Shown here piece by piece: positions 1-20,201 of a stretch of DNA of 64,000 nt. A program made the translations under genes and the position numbers. Source of the stretch: Daphnia carinata (taxonomy: Eukaryota); the NCBI RefSeq assembly GCF_022539665.2, contig NC_081331.1:11408001-11472000 (forward strand). Reading direction: 5' to 3'. Positions within the stretch are counted from its first letter, which is position 1. The number at the start of each line of letters is the position of its first letter. The notes under the pieces were generated by a model. It was not told the origin of the DNA. It made no database searches and was given only the letters and a program-made list of their open reading frames with translations.

Positions 1-1201
1 GGGATTCTCAGACTTTTGTCTTAATCATCCTCATCTCAAGGCACTGAAATTGAAAGCGCCTCCAGCATATGATGACTGGGGCAACGCCATGTTACAAACG
101 AAGAATAAAGTTGTGGGAGAAGAATGGTATTCTAACTCTTGGGAGAACCTTACTCGGCTCCAAGCTTTCTCCGTTGAGCCTTCCTTATTGGTAGTTGGTA
201 ATACTAAAACATTTACACAATTGTGCGGCTTAAAGAAAAATTTGAGATTTAGATCAAAAACGAGAGAGACCAATCCGAAAGCGTAAATTTGGCGAACCAT
301 TTCATAATGCTGCTGAATCGAACCCAATTAGACCTTTGTCTGTCCTCGGAGTAGTCTTTAAAAGTTGTTTGCAAATAGAAGAACTAGAAATTGGGGTCTT
401 TACAGACTTAAATGAAACGTTCCGCGTTGATGGGGAAGATTTGGCTCAGATAACGCAATGCAAACTGCTTAGGAAACTGACTCTTGTTAGCATTAATATT
501 GTTGAAGGGGTATTTTTGGAAGAGGTAATAGTATTCTTTTAGAAATCTATTCAGTTTAAAATCTAGTTCACTTTTAACGTATATTTTTGTTCTATGGTTT
601 CCAAAGGTATTAAGAGAATGTATTCACCTTGAGAGCCTAAGGTTGAAGAATCTCGGATCGCCCCTTCTGTGTTGCTATACGAAACACTTATGCGTCGCGC
701 TTCCCAATGCTCGGAAACTAAATACGTTAAGGTACGTTAGGAAGTGTTTAAGTTTTAAATAAAACATTTTCTTCAGTCCGCTTTTCAAGTAGCATCTTTC
801 AGCGTAACATGGTACCTCTGGCAAAGTTATTGGATTCTATCGAGCAATGCTCGGCACTTACCCGTTTGGGATTGGTTGCCCCTTCGGATGCGGCCCCTTT
901 CAAATGGCCTGCTGGTGTTCTTACTCAACGCGTCGTCAAATTTTGCATGAAACTACAAAATCTGGTGGCCTTCTTTTGCGTTATGAATATTCCGAAATCT
1001 CACAAAGCTACGGTAACAAAACAGCTTCTGCACGTGATGTCTCCAATAAGGCCTAGTTTTTGTGTTGATATCCAGGCCACGAGTGAAAATAGTCTTGATC
1101 ACGAGTCGTTTTCATTACCTCTTGTACATCGTGAAGTTCTAGTTCATTGTAACAGCCGAATTGGCGTTGTGCCTTCCGATTTTAAGTCTTTCCTATTGTA
1201 A
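1..1201 (+). CDS. 3' part of a leucine-rich-repeat protein, FBXL18-like (5' end lies outside the window)
   Basis: Exons at ~1-283, 332-524, 607-731 and ~793-1201 with GT-AG introns. LRR-like periodicity (LESLRLKNLG, LRKLTLVSI). C-terminal RPSF...LPLVH...SRIG resembles the FBXL18 tail. Confidence 0.6.
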
Positions 1202-1383
1202 TCATTTTTGCAACAATTGTTGATGATGTTACTCCTGAAATCTTCTAAAATCAAATCCCGTAGACGAATTCCATTACTTCGTTTCAGTGGGTATTCCTTA
1301 TGGCTGAATATCGGATTACAATGCATTTGAACTGCTCAAACCCAGTACATTGATAGAGGATTAGCACTGTGTACTGAATGACT

Positions 1384-3654
1384 CTACCAATAGAATGGGG
1401 CTCTTTCTCTTAACAGTCTTACTCCAATTTTTTTCCATTCAGTGGGCCGAATCCACAATTCCTGTGCAGACTCTAGGCAGGACATGATAGCCGCGCCTTT
1501 CCATGCTACCATCGAAGGATCCATTTCTTTGGGTCCAACTATGATTTCGGTTTGCTCAGGGCGAAACAGGAAGGGGATTTGCAATAACAGCCTATTGTGC
1601 AGCCACGTCGATAATCCTTCAAATTTTGCTCCGCCTCCAACGAGAAGAATGCAAGAATACATTCGGCGTTTCATTTCATCCGAAGCTAGCACAAAAGCAA
1701 AAGGTTAAGTTACGCATTTCTTGCCGATTAAAATTTGCCAACTCACAACAGCGCTCAATAGAATGAAGAATGGCTTGGTCCAGACTGTATAACAGTTGCT
1801 GTTGGGGTTGGTCATCGGGCGCTGCATCTGCGGCTAAACTATCAACTACGAGATCATCCTCGCCTTGACCACCAGCATTGGTTGAGTTGTCAATTGGGTC
1901 CATGGAAGCTGTCGAAGTGCTTTGATTTTCCAGGGCTTCTTTGTGAGCCCTCCTCTACAACAAGATATTCTATTAATGATTTTCATCTTGGGATATTTAG
2001 CAATATAAAACGCAGAAACATACGCTTGTTTCTCGCAAGTAATTTGCGTCATGCGGATCCTCGGGATCGCCAGAGGCATTAGCCTGGCCTTGGCCCCGTT
2101 TATCTTGTCCAGTCAGAGCGAACACTTCTGTGTTAAAAAGTCCTAAAGGGCCTAGCAGTAGTTCATCACCGATCTGAAAATAAAAAGCAGGTTCAGTCTG
2201 GCTTTTCTTTTATTAAAGAGACCTTATTACCTTGATGTGGTATCGAAGAGTAGGTACTCCTGGCCTTTCAACCACGAAGTTCACGTCTCTGAGACCACAG
2301 AAGTCCTAGATGAAACTTATGAAGTAAATGCTGCTAACATACAGTAATTACAATTGTTTTTACGAGATTTAAATGACAATATCCTTCTTTAATCCTTGTC
2401 AATAGTGCACCGTCTAGTGGGTGTTGTGGTTGGCATTCTTTATACGGGAAACCTGCGCGCTGTATTAAGTAGTAGAATGCTTGTGTGATGTCAGATCCCC
2501 CATAGTCTAAACGAATCTGAAACGCAAAGCAACGCAAAGATATCATAGAAAAACAACATGAATAAAAACTAGGAAATCAATATTGCTTACTCTTGTTGCT
2601 CTTTGTGAAAGTGCATCTTCGACACACGAAACTGATGTCTTCTGATCGCCCAAGTCAACAACGCAAGCAGCTCCAAGCCCAGCTCCAAAAGTTGCGGCAA
2701 CGTGATCTTGTAAGAGAAAACAGCCTCCAAATCCTAGGTGACTAAGTAATAAGCTGACCAACTCTTTGAGGTAGAGTCGGTTGTAAATATCAGGAATAAC
2801 CAACACAGCCCTGTAGTGCTTTGTAGATACAATTAAGCTTTAATCAACTGGGAATGTATTTATAAAATGTACCTTCAATTCTGTTTTGGGGATTTCTAGC
2901 AAGTTTGTAATACAATGACCCCAAATAGTTTCCAGATCTGCAAGAATAGAACTCAAAGATCCACCCACACCAGAATGAATGTTCAAATCACCATGCCGAA
3001 AAGGAAAGTGAACATTAAATTGATCAGCTGAATGAGCATATAACACCTGGATATTGAACCAATTGAAAATAAATAAAGAAAAGGCACAACAAGTAAATAT
3101 TATACCTGATCTCCAATAATGTAGTCTTCAACATCAGATTTTGTTACAAATTGTAACTTTGACACTGAACCTTGAATGGGAATGCATTGTTTGTTCGCTA
3201 ATGCTACTTGCTGGGCAGAAGTGGCAGGCCGAGGTGTGCCATCTGATCTAAGACAGGATTGCAAAGTTCCTCTCATAGACTGGTATGTTTCGTCTACTTG
3301 CAATTTGTTTTCTTTAGACTAAATACAAAAAATTATGCAAAACTGACCATTTATAGTGGGAGGAATGGAAAAAGTTAATTATACTACCAATACTACTGTT
3401 GGAATAAGCACAGGATCCCTATGCAAAGGTCCTTTTGGTCGCCTTGGCCTGGCAATGGCATGAAGGATGGTATGTGGATTGACGTCCGAAGCCCGACCGA
3501 TCCGGAGATTTTTCGAGCCGGGGTGAATTATAATACAAGTTTGGGCTTGTATTGGCTAGAGTTATGCTTCACATGATTAATGTATGAAACACACAACAAT
3601 CTAATGTAAATATACTTCACTCTGAGACTGTTCTTGCGTAGCTGATGTATTCAT
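1384..3654 (-). CDS. ACTR8: Actin-related protein 8 (INO80 complex subunit), multi-exon
   Basis: Motifs IIIHPGSKNLRIGRASD, ACVVDLGDQKTSVSCVED, LDYGGSDIT and MDPSMVAWKGAAI...LLRERAPFYW. ATG at 3654 splices in phase to exon 2. Confidence 0.93.
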
Positions 3655-3967
3655 CTGGATTTTGGCTATGGTAATATAAAGATTACAAAGGAACAAAAAT
3701 CCAGACTATGAAACTATTTCTGGAGAGCAAGAATTTTCTTTCCTGTACACGAATTTAAAAAAAATAGTAAAACAACGCCATCTGTAAATCTTAATGAAAT
3801 CAGCTGGAAGGAATTACTTTCACTGCTACCACCAGGTTCCTATCCTCTCTAACGAATGACAGTTGTTATTGAGGTCTTATACCACCTTGTCCAGTTACAA
3901 ACAATTTAGCGCCTTCTACAGTTCGTTCATCGCGTAAGCACAGCATCACTATACCGGGTGATCTGAC
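3655..3967. promoter_or_regulatory. Bidirectional promoter between ARP8 and the ERG28-like gene
   Basis: Head-to-head ATGs ~314 nt apart. Contains CGCCATCT (YY1-like) and a CAGCTG E-box. Confidence 0.55.
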
Positions 3968-4777
3968 ATGAAAGTAGATAGAGGAGTTTACACTCTGAGA
4001 GGATGGCTGGCATTTGTGGCCTTTTTAGATTTTGCTCAAGCTCTACGTTCCTGGCTTGATAAGGATGTATTTTTAGGGTCTTATTTCAGCAATCAAAACT
4101 CCTCTATCAGCAATGAAGACAATCAAAGATGTACTTTAACTAACAGGCTTAACTATGTGTGTGGAGTGTTAACATCTTTTGATTGTTTTCAGTGCCTGTA
4201 CCATCCTCAACTGCAAGGCTCTTAATAGCTTATTCTATTCAAAATGGCACTATTCTTTTACTCAGTGCATTTTGCATTCATCACTGGTCGTAAGCAAACA
4301 TTATGATATTACCTCTGAAAGCAACTTCATATTCATTTATTTATTACTCTTTTTTACCATATTTTTTGTGCTTTGTTTGTTTGTTTTGCTTGTTTCAGGA
4401 TGGCAGTAATGGCAATGTTTTCACTCTGTAATCATTTGTACAAAATATTTTTTATGCAACTGTAACTAGATTATTTTTATTACTTAGTGTTGAAAATGAT
4501 ATACCTGACACTTGAAGCCCTGAAATTCAAGAGCTCTGCATTCAACTTTCATATAATCTTCCCAGTTGTGGTAGATGGTAATGTCTCATTTCTTTGCAGT
4601 TTTTAGAAAAAAAAATAAGTTTCTTTGCTTCAAATTACAGGTATCACTTTAGTTGCACTGGCATTTTCTCCAAGATTGCTAAAGAAAGAAATGTTGAATT
4701 ACCAAGAAAATGAAGAGATCTTGAAAATGTGCAATGGGAAACCCATCTACCTACCTCCAAAGAAGAAACGTACCTGA
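3968..4777 (+). CDS. ERG28: Ergosterol biosynthesis protein 28 homolog (small ER membrane protein), 5 exons
   Basis: LRGWLAFVAFLDFAQALRSW and STARLLIAYS resemble ERG28/C14orf1 (LRSWLVMVS...QARTFGIW). Several hydrophobic segments and a basic C-terminus PPKKKRT*. Confidence 0.7.
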
Positions 4778-5727
4778 ACGAGTCCGACGAGAACTGAATA
4801 ATCTAGTCAACATCATGTGATAACCATCAGATGATTATGTAATGGAAGTGTGTTTTTAACTGTGTTTCTTTTATTACAAGATACCGAAAACTCTGTAGCT
4901 TCAAACAATGTATTTTTATTTTTTGGTTTTTGGTTTCCCACCGCGCTGACTGAGTACAACAGAAGTGAAGGGTTTCGGCCGAGCGGAGGGGGGATGTCAA
5001 ACAGAAAAAGTCACAGATCATTTTTTGCGAATGGGAGAGCACCGTTAAGTAAATATGTATAGCTGACACTAAGTCGAAGGAAAAAGGGGGGAGAAAAAAA
5101 AAACCAAAACAAACGATATTCCGAAATCTAATAAGACCACAACACAAATACCAGTTGAAGTACATAAAATGTCTTCTGGGCAATAGGGGGATTGACACGC
5201 ACGCGAACAGTGTTACCAAAACTTATGGAAATGAGAGTCAAATAAAATGCAAAAATAAATAAATCAATAGATGTGTTTTTTAACAGCAGCAAAAGTGATG
5301 TTATTATCACATAGCAGCTGATGTTTTTCTAGTGTACCTCTAAACGCGCGCTTGGCATAAATTCGAGGACAAAGAAAAACAAAACATATTATAAAGTCAT
5401 GAATTAAACAAGAAATGTATAATAAAAGTCCATATTGCGAAGGTTTGGAGGGGGCTACAACCGGCGAATGGAATAGAGTCGGCCCAGTCGAAACAAGCTC
5501 GGTGATTCAAAAAAATGCATCGTTAGATAATAAAATCGTCAATATCGATTTCGAATTTGGGGTAGGGCGGGTAAGGGTATTGACTAGCGTGAATGAAAAA
5601 GAGACTAGAAACTATAAATAAAACCCAGACATCAGTGCTGTGATCTAGAACTTGTAAGTTGCGTGATGAAAAGCTGCCATTTTTGACGATACGGAAAAAA
5701 AAAGAAAATTATCATAAGATGCGGCGT

Positions 5728-12075
<6,348 letters not shown>

Positions 12076-15000
12076 GGTGATGTGTCCGTTGGATTGCTTA
12101 GCAGGGCGGGCTACACATGGAAGTTGGAGTTGGTTCGGTCTCTTGGGTTTGCGCGTTTCCACCAAACTGGCCGCACTTTGGCTTTTTTGGCTATTTCGCC
12201 CGTCACTGCTGTGATCAGCGTCGTCGTCGCTGGTGCTACTGGACGAGCTGCTAGTGCTATGCAAACGTACGGCTGATGTTGTTGTTGCTGCGGCAGCTGG
12301 GCGTCGGCCAGCAAGAACACCACCGCTGCTGCTCGACTGCGAAAAACCGTTGACTAGGAGGGAGAAGGCCGAGATTTTGATGCCGCCCAGCCCTGTTGTG
12401 GAAGCTGCGACCGATCTGACGGATACGGTTGTCTCGTCAACAGCTAGCGCCGCTACGTCTAAGCAGGGACTGGGTTCCGCCGAACTAGAAAACAAAAAAT
12501 AATATATGAAAGGAAACCAATCAAAAGACGGTCATACCCCCACAAACGGGGATGGCAATTCGGGACTACTAGTGACGTGGGGTAAGCGTAACATGAAATA
12601 GACAATGGAGCATTGTCACGCCGGGTGCTGTATGGTAGTATATACTGTACCGGACAACGGTCAAACTAAACAGCTGCAACTGATTTATAACTTCGACCAC
12701 TGCAATAAACAACTGTTTTTACACACGATGTATGGCCGTCGTACTGCTGAAGGGCAAACGAATAGAAGGAATTGCTTGTTATCGCTGCTAAAAAACTAGA
12801 CATAAAATCATGCGAAATACGTAAACCAATAAAACGGTGGGGATGGCGACAAAAAACAAGAAGAATGGAACGGAGACGAGGAAAGGGACGCCCCAGGAGA
12901 TATTTTCAGATCGCGGTCATCAGCTTCAACAAACAATCACGACAAAAGAGAAAACGAGACGTTCATGTTCGGTGCTGCTCCACACCAACGGGCATATAGC
13001 CAACAACACGCACGCATTCTCACGCAAGCAGGCAGGCAAGCAAGCAAACACATAGTTTGAATTAGATACTCGACTGTTGGTATAAATACATCATTTGAAA
13101 GACGACGGGCGCCAATTCCAGCATCGGCCAGAGAGTTCAGTGGCTAACTTTGTCGACTCGACTTCCTACTATATTCAACCTTGAAATACGTACTAGCCCG
13201 TTCCTTTCAACAAAACAGACCGGAGGAAGAAATGGCCCAGGATGGGATGTTTGGATCGATCAGAACAGTGGCGAAAGCCGTCCAGTAGAACAGATTCAAG
13301 GTGTGCTTGCGAACGATCACTCTACGTGTGCAATAGAGTTGGGGGAAATCCGAAGATGTGTATACACATAAAAAGCCACACGACCGGTTCCTATTTTTAG
13401 TCGACGAGATCGCGCCGCTCAGACTCAAACTGTCTCTGCCACTTTTCTGCTCAGCAATGCTCCACCCTCATGTCTGACTCAGGATTCACTAGCTCTTTGA
13501 GACTGATTGAATCCTAGGATCACTCCTCACCCTTTTGTTTTTCTTACTGAACAAGAACAGCTGCACCATACAGAGCAAAATTGCCTACTGGGAGGTTTCG
13601 AAAGGCAAAAATTATTCATCACCCACTTGACTGCTGCTTATTCAGTTATGAAGACCTGAAAATACAAATTCTCTGATCGGAAAAGGGTGGAGTACACCAT
13701 AATGTTCACTTCACAAGTTTTTCTGTTCTGTTCAGAAATCCTGAATAATAACAAGCCTCAAGCCATACACTTTCGAGGGCAGACGTCATACCCTCACCGA
13801 AAAAAAATCAGTCAATGAGAAAACCCCAGCTTGCCCTGCAACAAAGCACGTATACACGAATCTTGAATCATGACGTTTGCTAAATCGATATCTGGCTAAC
13901 AAAGACAAACTATATGGGAGAATACTAGGCCACACTTGAGAATAAAATTTCTTAATAACCAGATAAAATTTATTCAGCTTATTCTTACCAGTAGTTAGGC
14001 AGAAAAGCATACAACAATGCGCCATATTTGTGGCCCGACCGTCTCTCTCTCTCTCTGCGGCTGAGCAGACGAAACAAAATTTCCAAAAGGGGATGGGATC
14101 ACAAAAATCGATGATGCTAAACTATCGATGCTTATATCATTCGCGATTTTTGATCAATTAACGGTCAACGGACCTTTTTCTTCCGCGTTTGTTACATGCA
14201 TAGCGGATAGGAAGGGAATTACCAATCTTGGGAAAGTTAAAAATAATTGTGTTTAGGCGTTACATGTTTAGTGTTTATTTACCACTGCATTATCTCCCAG
14301 CGCATGTCGGCTAGGAGACTAGCCGGTCGACTAGGAGACTGAATGTAATTCGCCAGCGCGCACACTCCGTAAGTTTCCTATCTTGTTCACCTTTCGGAAA
14401 TATATTTATGGTAGTTCGGTTGATATTTCCAATGCGAAAACAATTTTTCACCCCTCCCTCATTGTGTGAACTATAACTGATTCGATGATAATACGTGACC
14501 AAGCTTTATCGCTAGGAGCAAAAGAGTGAGGGAGCTTTAAAAGTGATCGCCAGCTCGGCTGGCCAGATCCTTACAGACTGAACGCTCGCTCTGTTTTAGC
14601 CGGTCTCTTGAATACGGCCTCGCCTGTTCTTTTTGTTTTTTTCTTGGCGCTCAACACTCAGGAGAAAGTCGAATTGCTTGTTTTGTTTTCTCGCTCTTAA
14701 TTCTCTTACTGTAGCATTTTGCGCCACGGTTGCCGTAGTTTGTATTTTTGTGTGGCAATTTAGACTCGAGCGTAATTTCGATAATCGTTTAGAAACCGTC
14801 CATGTGCAGTTTGTCATTCAACGTCCCTTCTGTTTAGTTAACCACCTGCCGCCAGATAATTACGTATACCTACGATTTTGTAAATTCTAGGCTACGATGC
14901 TTTCCATCTAAATGTTAAATACGCGCTGTTATCTCCGTACATTCGCAATCTAATAATAGCATTAGATTGCTTATTTTTTCAAGGATGTTGCGTATTCGCG

Positions 15001-15563
15001 TGCGTGGATGCCACGTAGAAACAAACTATCTTCTTTCGATTTCAAAATCCTGTCCCCATTTTTATCGTTTGGTCTTTTTTGCGTCTAACTGGGCCGATAA
15101 CTATGATGGAACAGGAGTTGACGGAAATGCGCAGCGCTATCGCAAAAAAACTAGTGCAGACCTAAAGACTAGAGTACCATGATGGTTGCCTTACTATTGT
15201 TTACCTTGCTCTACCTTAAAGCTCTACCGTCCACCCCGGTAAAAACTTGGCCAAATCACAACATCTTTTCTTAGAATATAAGATGTTACTAAAAATATAC
15301 TCGGTTTCCGCTCGCTTTGCTTTTGCGTAATGTATTCTTAAAGTCGGTGAGCCAGCACTTAGTCAAATGGCAGAACGACTTGTTTTGTTTGTCGTCGATT
15401 GACATGCTTGACTTGAACTGATATATTTTCAAAGCCGAGGTTTGCAAATGTTTGAAGAACAAGCCACGAAACCTGTTTAAAAGGAACAATAATCCAAGGA
15501 AAAAATAGAACTATCGGGCTCATGAGTTCATTCGACGATCGTGCAACGTCGGTTTCAACATTA

Positions 15564-15572
15564 GGCGGGAAA
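15564..15572 (+). promoter_or_regulatory. E2F-type site (GGCGGGAAA) upstream of GINS4
   Basis: Consensus E2F site ~65 nt upstream of the ATG of a DNA-replication gene. Confidence 0.5.
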
Positions 15573-15636
15573 CGTTGTCTTGTCGGCTGTCAAATATCGG
15601 CTAGTTGTGATTTTAAGTTAAGACTGAGTAACAATA

Positions 15637-16593
15637 ATGGCTTCTTATTCAGGAAATCTAACGCAATTGAGCGACTTCCTAGGAACAGCGGACACTATAT
15701 CAGAGACGGAAGATGCCGAATTCTTGTCTGCTTCTGAAGCTGTCAAGAAACTCGAAGAGGTCTGGAATGGTTTGACGTGCCAAAAAAGTATTGTTTGACG
15801 TTGACATTCTCCATTATTCTCATGTCAAGAGCTGGCTGAATGAAATGCTTGCCCCAGAATTGCTGTTGCCACAGACTGAACTAGTTGACTGCCTTTTAGA
15901 GCAGACAAAGAACATGGAAGAAAATTTAATGGCCATTTCAAAATCAGATTTTCGTTTTGCTCTTCATAGAATGGAAGTATGTAGTATTGGTTTATTAATT
16001 ATGTTATTTCCATTGCTAATTATTTCTTTACTAATATTTCAGGTGGAAAGAATCAGATACATAGTGACATCATACCTTAGAATAAGGCTGGAGAAAATAG
16101 AAAATTTCTTTGCTACCTACTAAACAATGAAAACAAAAGACAACGAAATGAACCAAGTTTGCTAACTGAAGATGAACTAAAATTTGCCCAAGAGTACTAT
16201 TTCTGTTCCTTGTTACCAGCTTTATCTAACATCTTTTTTTCCTCTCACCCACAGGTTGAGTTCTAATACAGAATCGCACCTCAGAACTCTTGGACTAAGG
16301 CATATGCCAACAAACATGCGAGATATCAACACCCAAAAATTCATGATTGCTCCCAACCGAGATAGCTATGTTTTTGCACGTGTTAAAGATGACGCGCCAT
16401 CGGTTCTTGTTAGCGATGGAACTAGCGAGTAAGCTTACTTAAAATTCCAGCTTTTATTGAATATGGATTTTTATATGGTTTTGCATTTTTTAGAGGAGAA
16501 ATGGAAGTGGAGCTGTTGAAAAATTCCCAACATTTGCTTCCTTATAGATCAATTGCTAGCTTAGTGCAAAATAATGTTGTGAATCTAATGTAA
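15637..16593 (+). CDS. GINS4: DNA replication complex GINS protein SLD5; reading frame broken at ~16109
   Basis: SWLNEMLAPELL, ERIRYIVTSYLRIRLEKIE, EPSLLTEDELKFAQE and LRHMP match SLD5. Frame 0 stops at 16121-16123 and homology continues in the -1 frame. Confidence 0.9.
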
Positions 16594-16900
16594 ATTATAG
16601 CATTACTTAACAGTATCTTTTAAAAAAGAAATTCGTAAACAAATACAATGAAATACCGAAATGTTTGAAACAAAAGGTGGCGCTGAAAACCGAGTTGTTA
16701 TTCCAAACCCGTTGGATCCGTCTGCTAACGTAATTTGTCCTGGCTCTTGGGGACTTCAGTTATTAAGATTCGATCACAAAGCTGACATCCTGTTACGGGA
16801 GAACGGTATTGTGGATCTGACAGCCTTTGGTAGAGTTTAGTTTTCCAATACCTTTAATGTACAGTCAGACATAAATTTGCGCTGCAATTTTGTAACAAGC

Positions 16901-18161
<1,261 letters not shown>

Positions 18162-18312
18162 CATCTTAGATACCGCCCAGACATAGGCAAGGAAATTTGT
18201 CATATTCCAGTGTATCATTCGAAAAACGACCATTTATAAATAAGGACATAAAGACGCGGTATTAATATAATGTTCAAATCAATGACGACTAATTATAATA
18301 AAAATTGTAAGT

Positions 18313-20201
18313 TTAACGTTTCTCCTCTACATAATCGATCTCTTCATCTTCAAAGCGACTGTATCCTTTATAACTGTCTGAGAACATTCTCAGAGCAGTT
18401 AGCTCTGATACTTTTGATGGCTTTTCAGGTTTAAGGATTAAGATAAGAGGTGAAAACAGTAAATTGAGGATGCCAATGCAAAGCATAAGACGAGGGAATC
18501 CCAATGACTCTACCAGGACACCGCCTAAAATAGGACCTGTTAAGCGAAAGTTGTTACGAAGCAGCTGGTAGGCTTAACATTTTAAAATCATCAATTTACC
18601 CAGGCAATAAGCCAAGCTGACTGCTGTTTGACCTAGAGCGAAAGTTCTGCCGTACGATGGAGTAGTAGGCAAGTCGTCCGTTATGTCTGTACTTGGATGT
18701 TTATCGGCCAGTGTAGCCAACAGAGGTACGAGCGACGCATCAACTGCACCTATTCCGATTCCGATGCCAAAATGTGGACCAGTCAGATAAATAATGGAAC
18801 TAACTAAAGGTACCTGGACAATTAAAAAAAATTCAGTTGTAAAATAGAATTTTATTTGCATAAATTTCTCGAAAATGCACGTTACCAAAGTGCAAGAAAT
18901 ACCCAAGATTATCACAGACAGCATTGCTACTTTCCACCGGCCAACACGATACGCGAAACCACCCAGGAAATGAGTGGTAAGTAAATAACCGCAACTGTCG
19001 GGAATAAACACGGCCCCAAGTTGCCATCGCTGCAGCCACAAGCATTTTTGTATGAAAACTTTGCAATTTTAGATTAAATTTCTTTTTACTTCAGGTTTCA
19101 TTGTCTTCATGAGCCAAAGAGGCAAGCAAGGTTCCAACAAAGACATAACCGATGTGGTTAAGAATATGGCCCCTATCGCGACGCCCAGAATCAAATTGCG
19201 ATGATTAACATACTGAGAAACGCCAGGCGCAGCAGGTTTTTGGCTAAAATGATCTGAGGAAAAGCAAATGTTTTCTTCGATCAACTCTTCTTCAGCGAAA
19301 CGTAGCGCCAACGAAAAAGCAACTGCATTACATTTTCAAAGGTTAAACAGTTATTAATCTCTCAGCTAAATTATGCCTCACCTAATAACATGACGGCAAG
19401 AAAAGTAATCAACAGGAATGGAACAGTTTTTCCAGTTAGATGGTATAAAAATCCAGCGATTGGATACCCGAGCAGGACTCCGACAGCCCCTCCACCCAAG
19501 GCTCGGCCAATTGCTTCACTCCGTTTAGCCTCTTCCCTGTAAGTGGATGCCACCAATCCTAGTCCTAAACAATTCATTAAAATTTGACATGTGTCCATGA
19601 TATAAAAGAACATTTCAAACGTGTGCAACCAGCAATGGTAAAGCAAGCGGATGTGATGCCCTGCAGAGCCCGTGCCGATGACAAGACCTCGTAAGATCGT
19701 CCGAAAGCAAAAAGCAAAGAGCATAAGATCAAATTGATGGTGCCAAAAACAAGAGGTAAAGAAAATCCTTTTTTCTGAATGACGATGGCGACTAATGGAT
19801 TGGCAACCAACTGTACTATTGCTTTTAGCGAAAGCAAGAACCCAAGTCGACTGTTATCGCCTACTTCGGGCTGATAGCCCCGGCCAATGTGAAAATGCTG
19901 AGCAGAGGACTTTAACAGATTATACAAGCTGGCTTTAGTTAGCGTTTCATTGCTGGACTGGATTTCGGTGGCCGGAAGGACTCCAGTTTCATCTACGGGG
20001 TCGTGGTGTACAAAATGCGGTAGAATAGGAACTGCGATTAAACAGTGGATTGAATTAAATGAAAAATTGAATTCAAGAGCTATCAGTATGTAACCAACCG
20101 ACAGCCGTAAGTAAAAGATTGTCCAGCAGAAGAGCAAAATAAACACTTAACAGAACGCATTTTTCAGTAACGGTGCGTTCTCTAGCGAAAAGCTTCCTCA
20201 T
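18313..20201 (-). CDS. SLC18 vesicular amine transporter family member, portabella-like
   Basis: TM1 LLDNLLLTAVVPILP, LLSLKAIVQLVANP, ARALQG, LEPCLPLW, QLGAVFIP, TM10 GAVDASLVPLL and TM11 YGRTFALGQTAVSLAYCLGP. ATG at 20201. Confidence 0.85.

Noticed and set aside
14306..14341. Short direct repeat GTCGRCTAGGAGACT x2
   Set aside because: Only two copies with no array structure; not CRISPR-like and of no evident significance.
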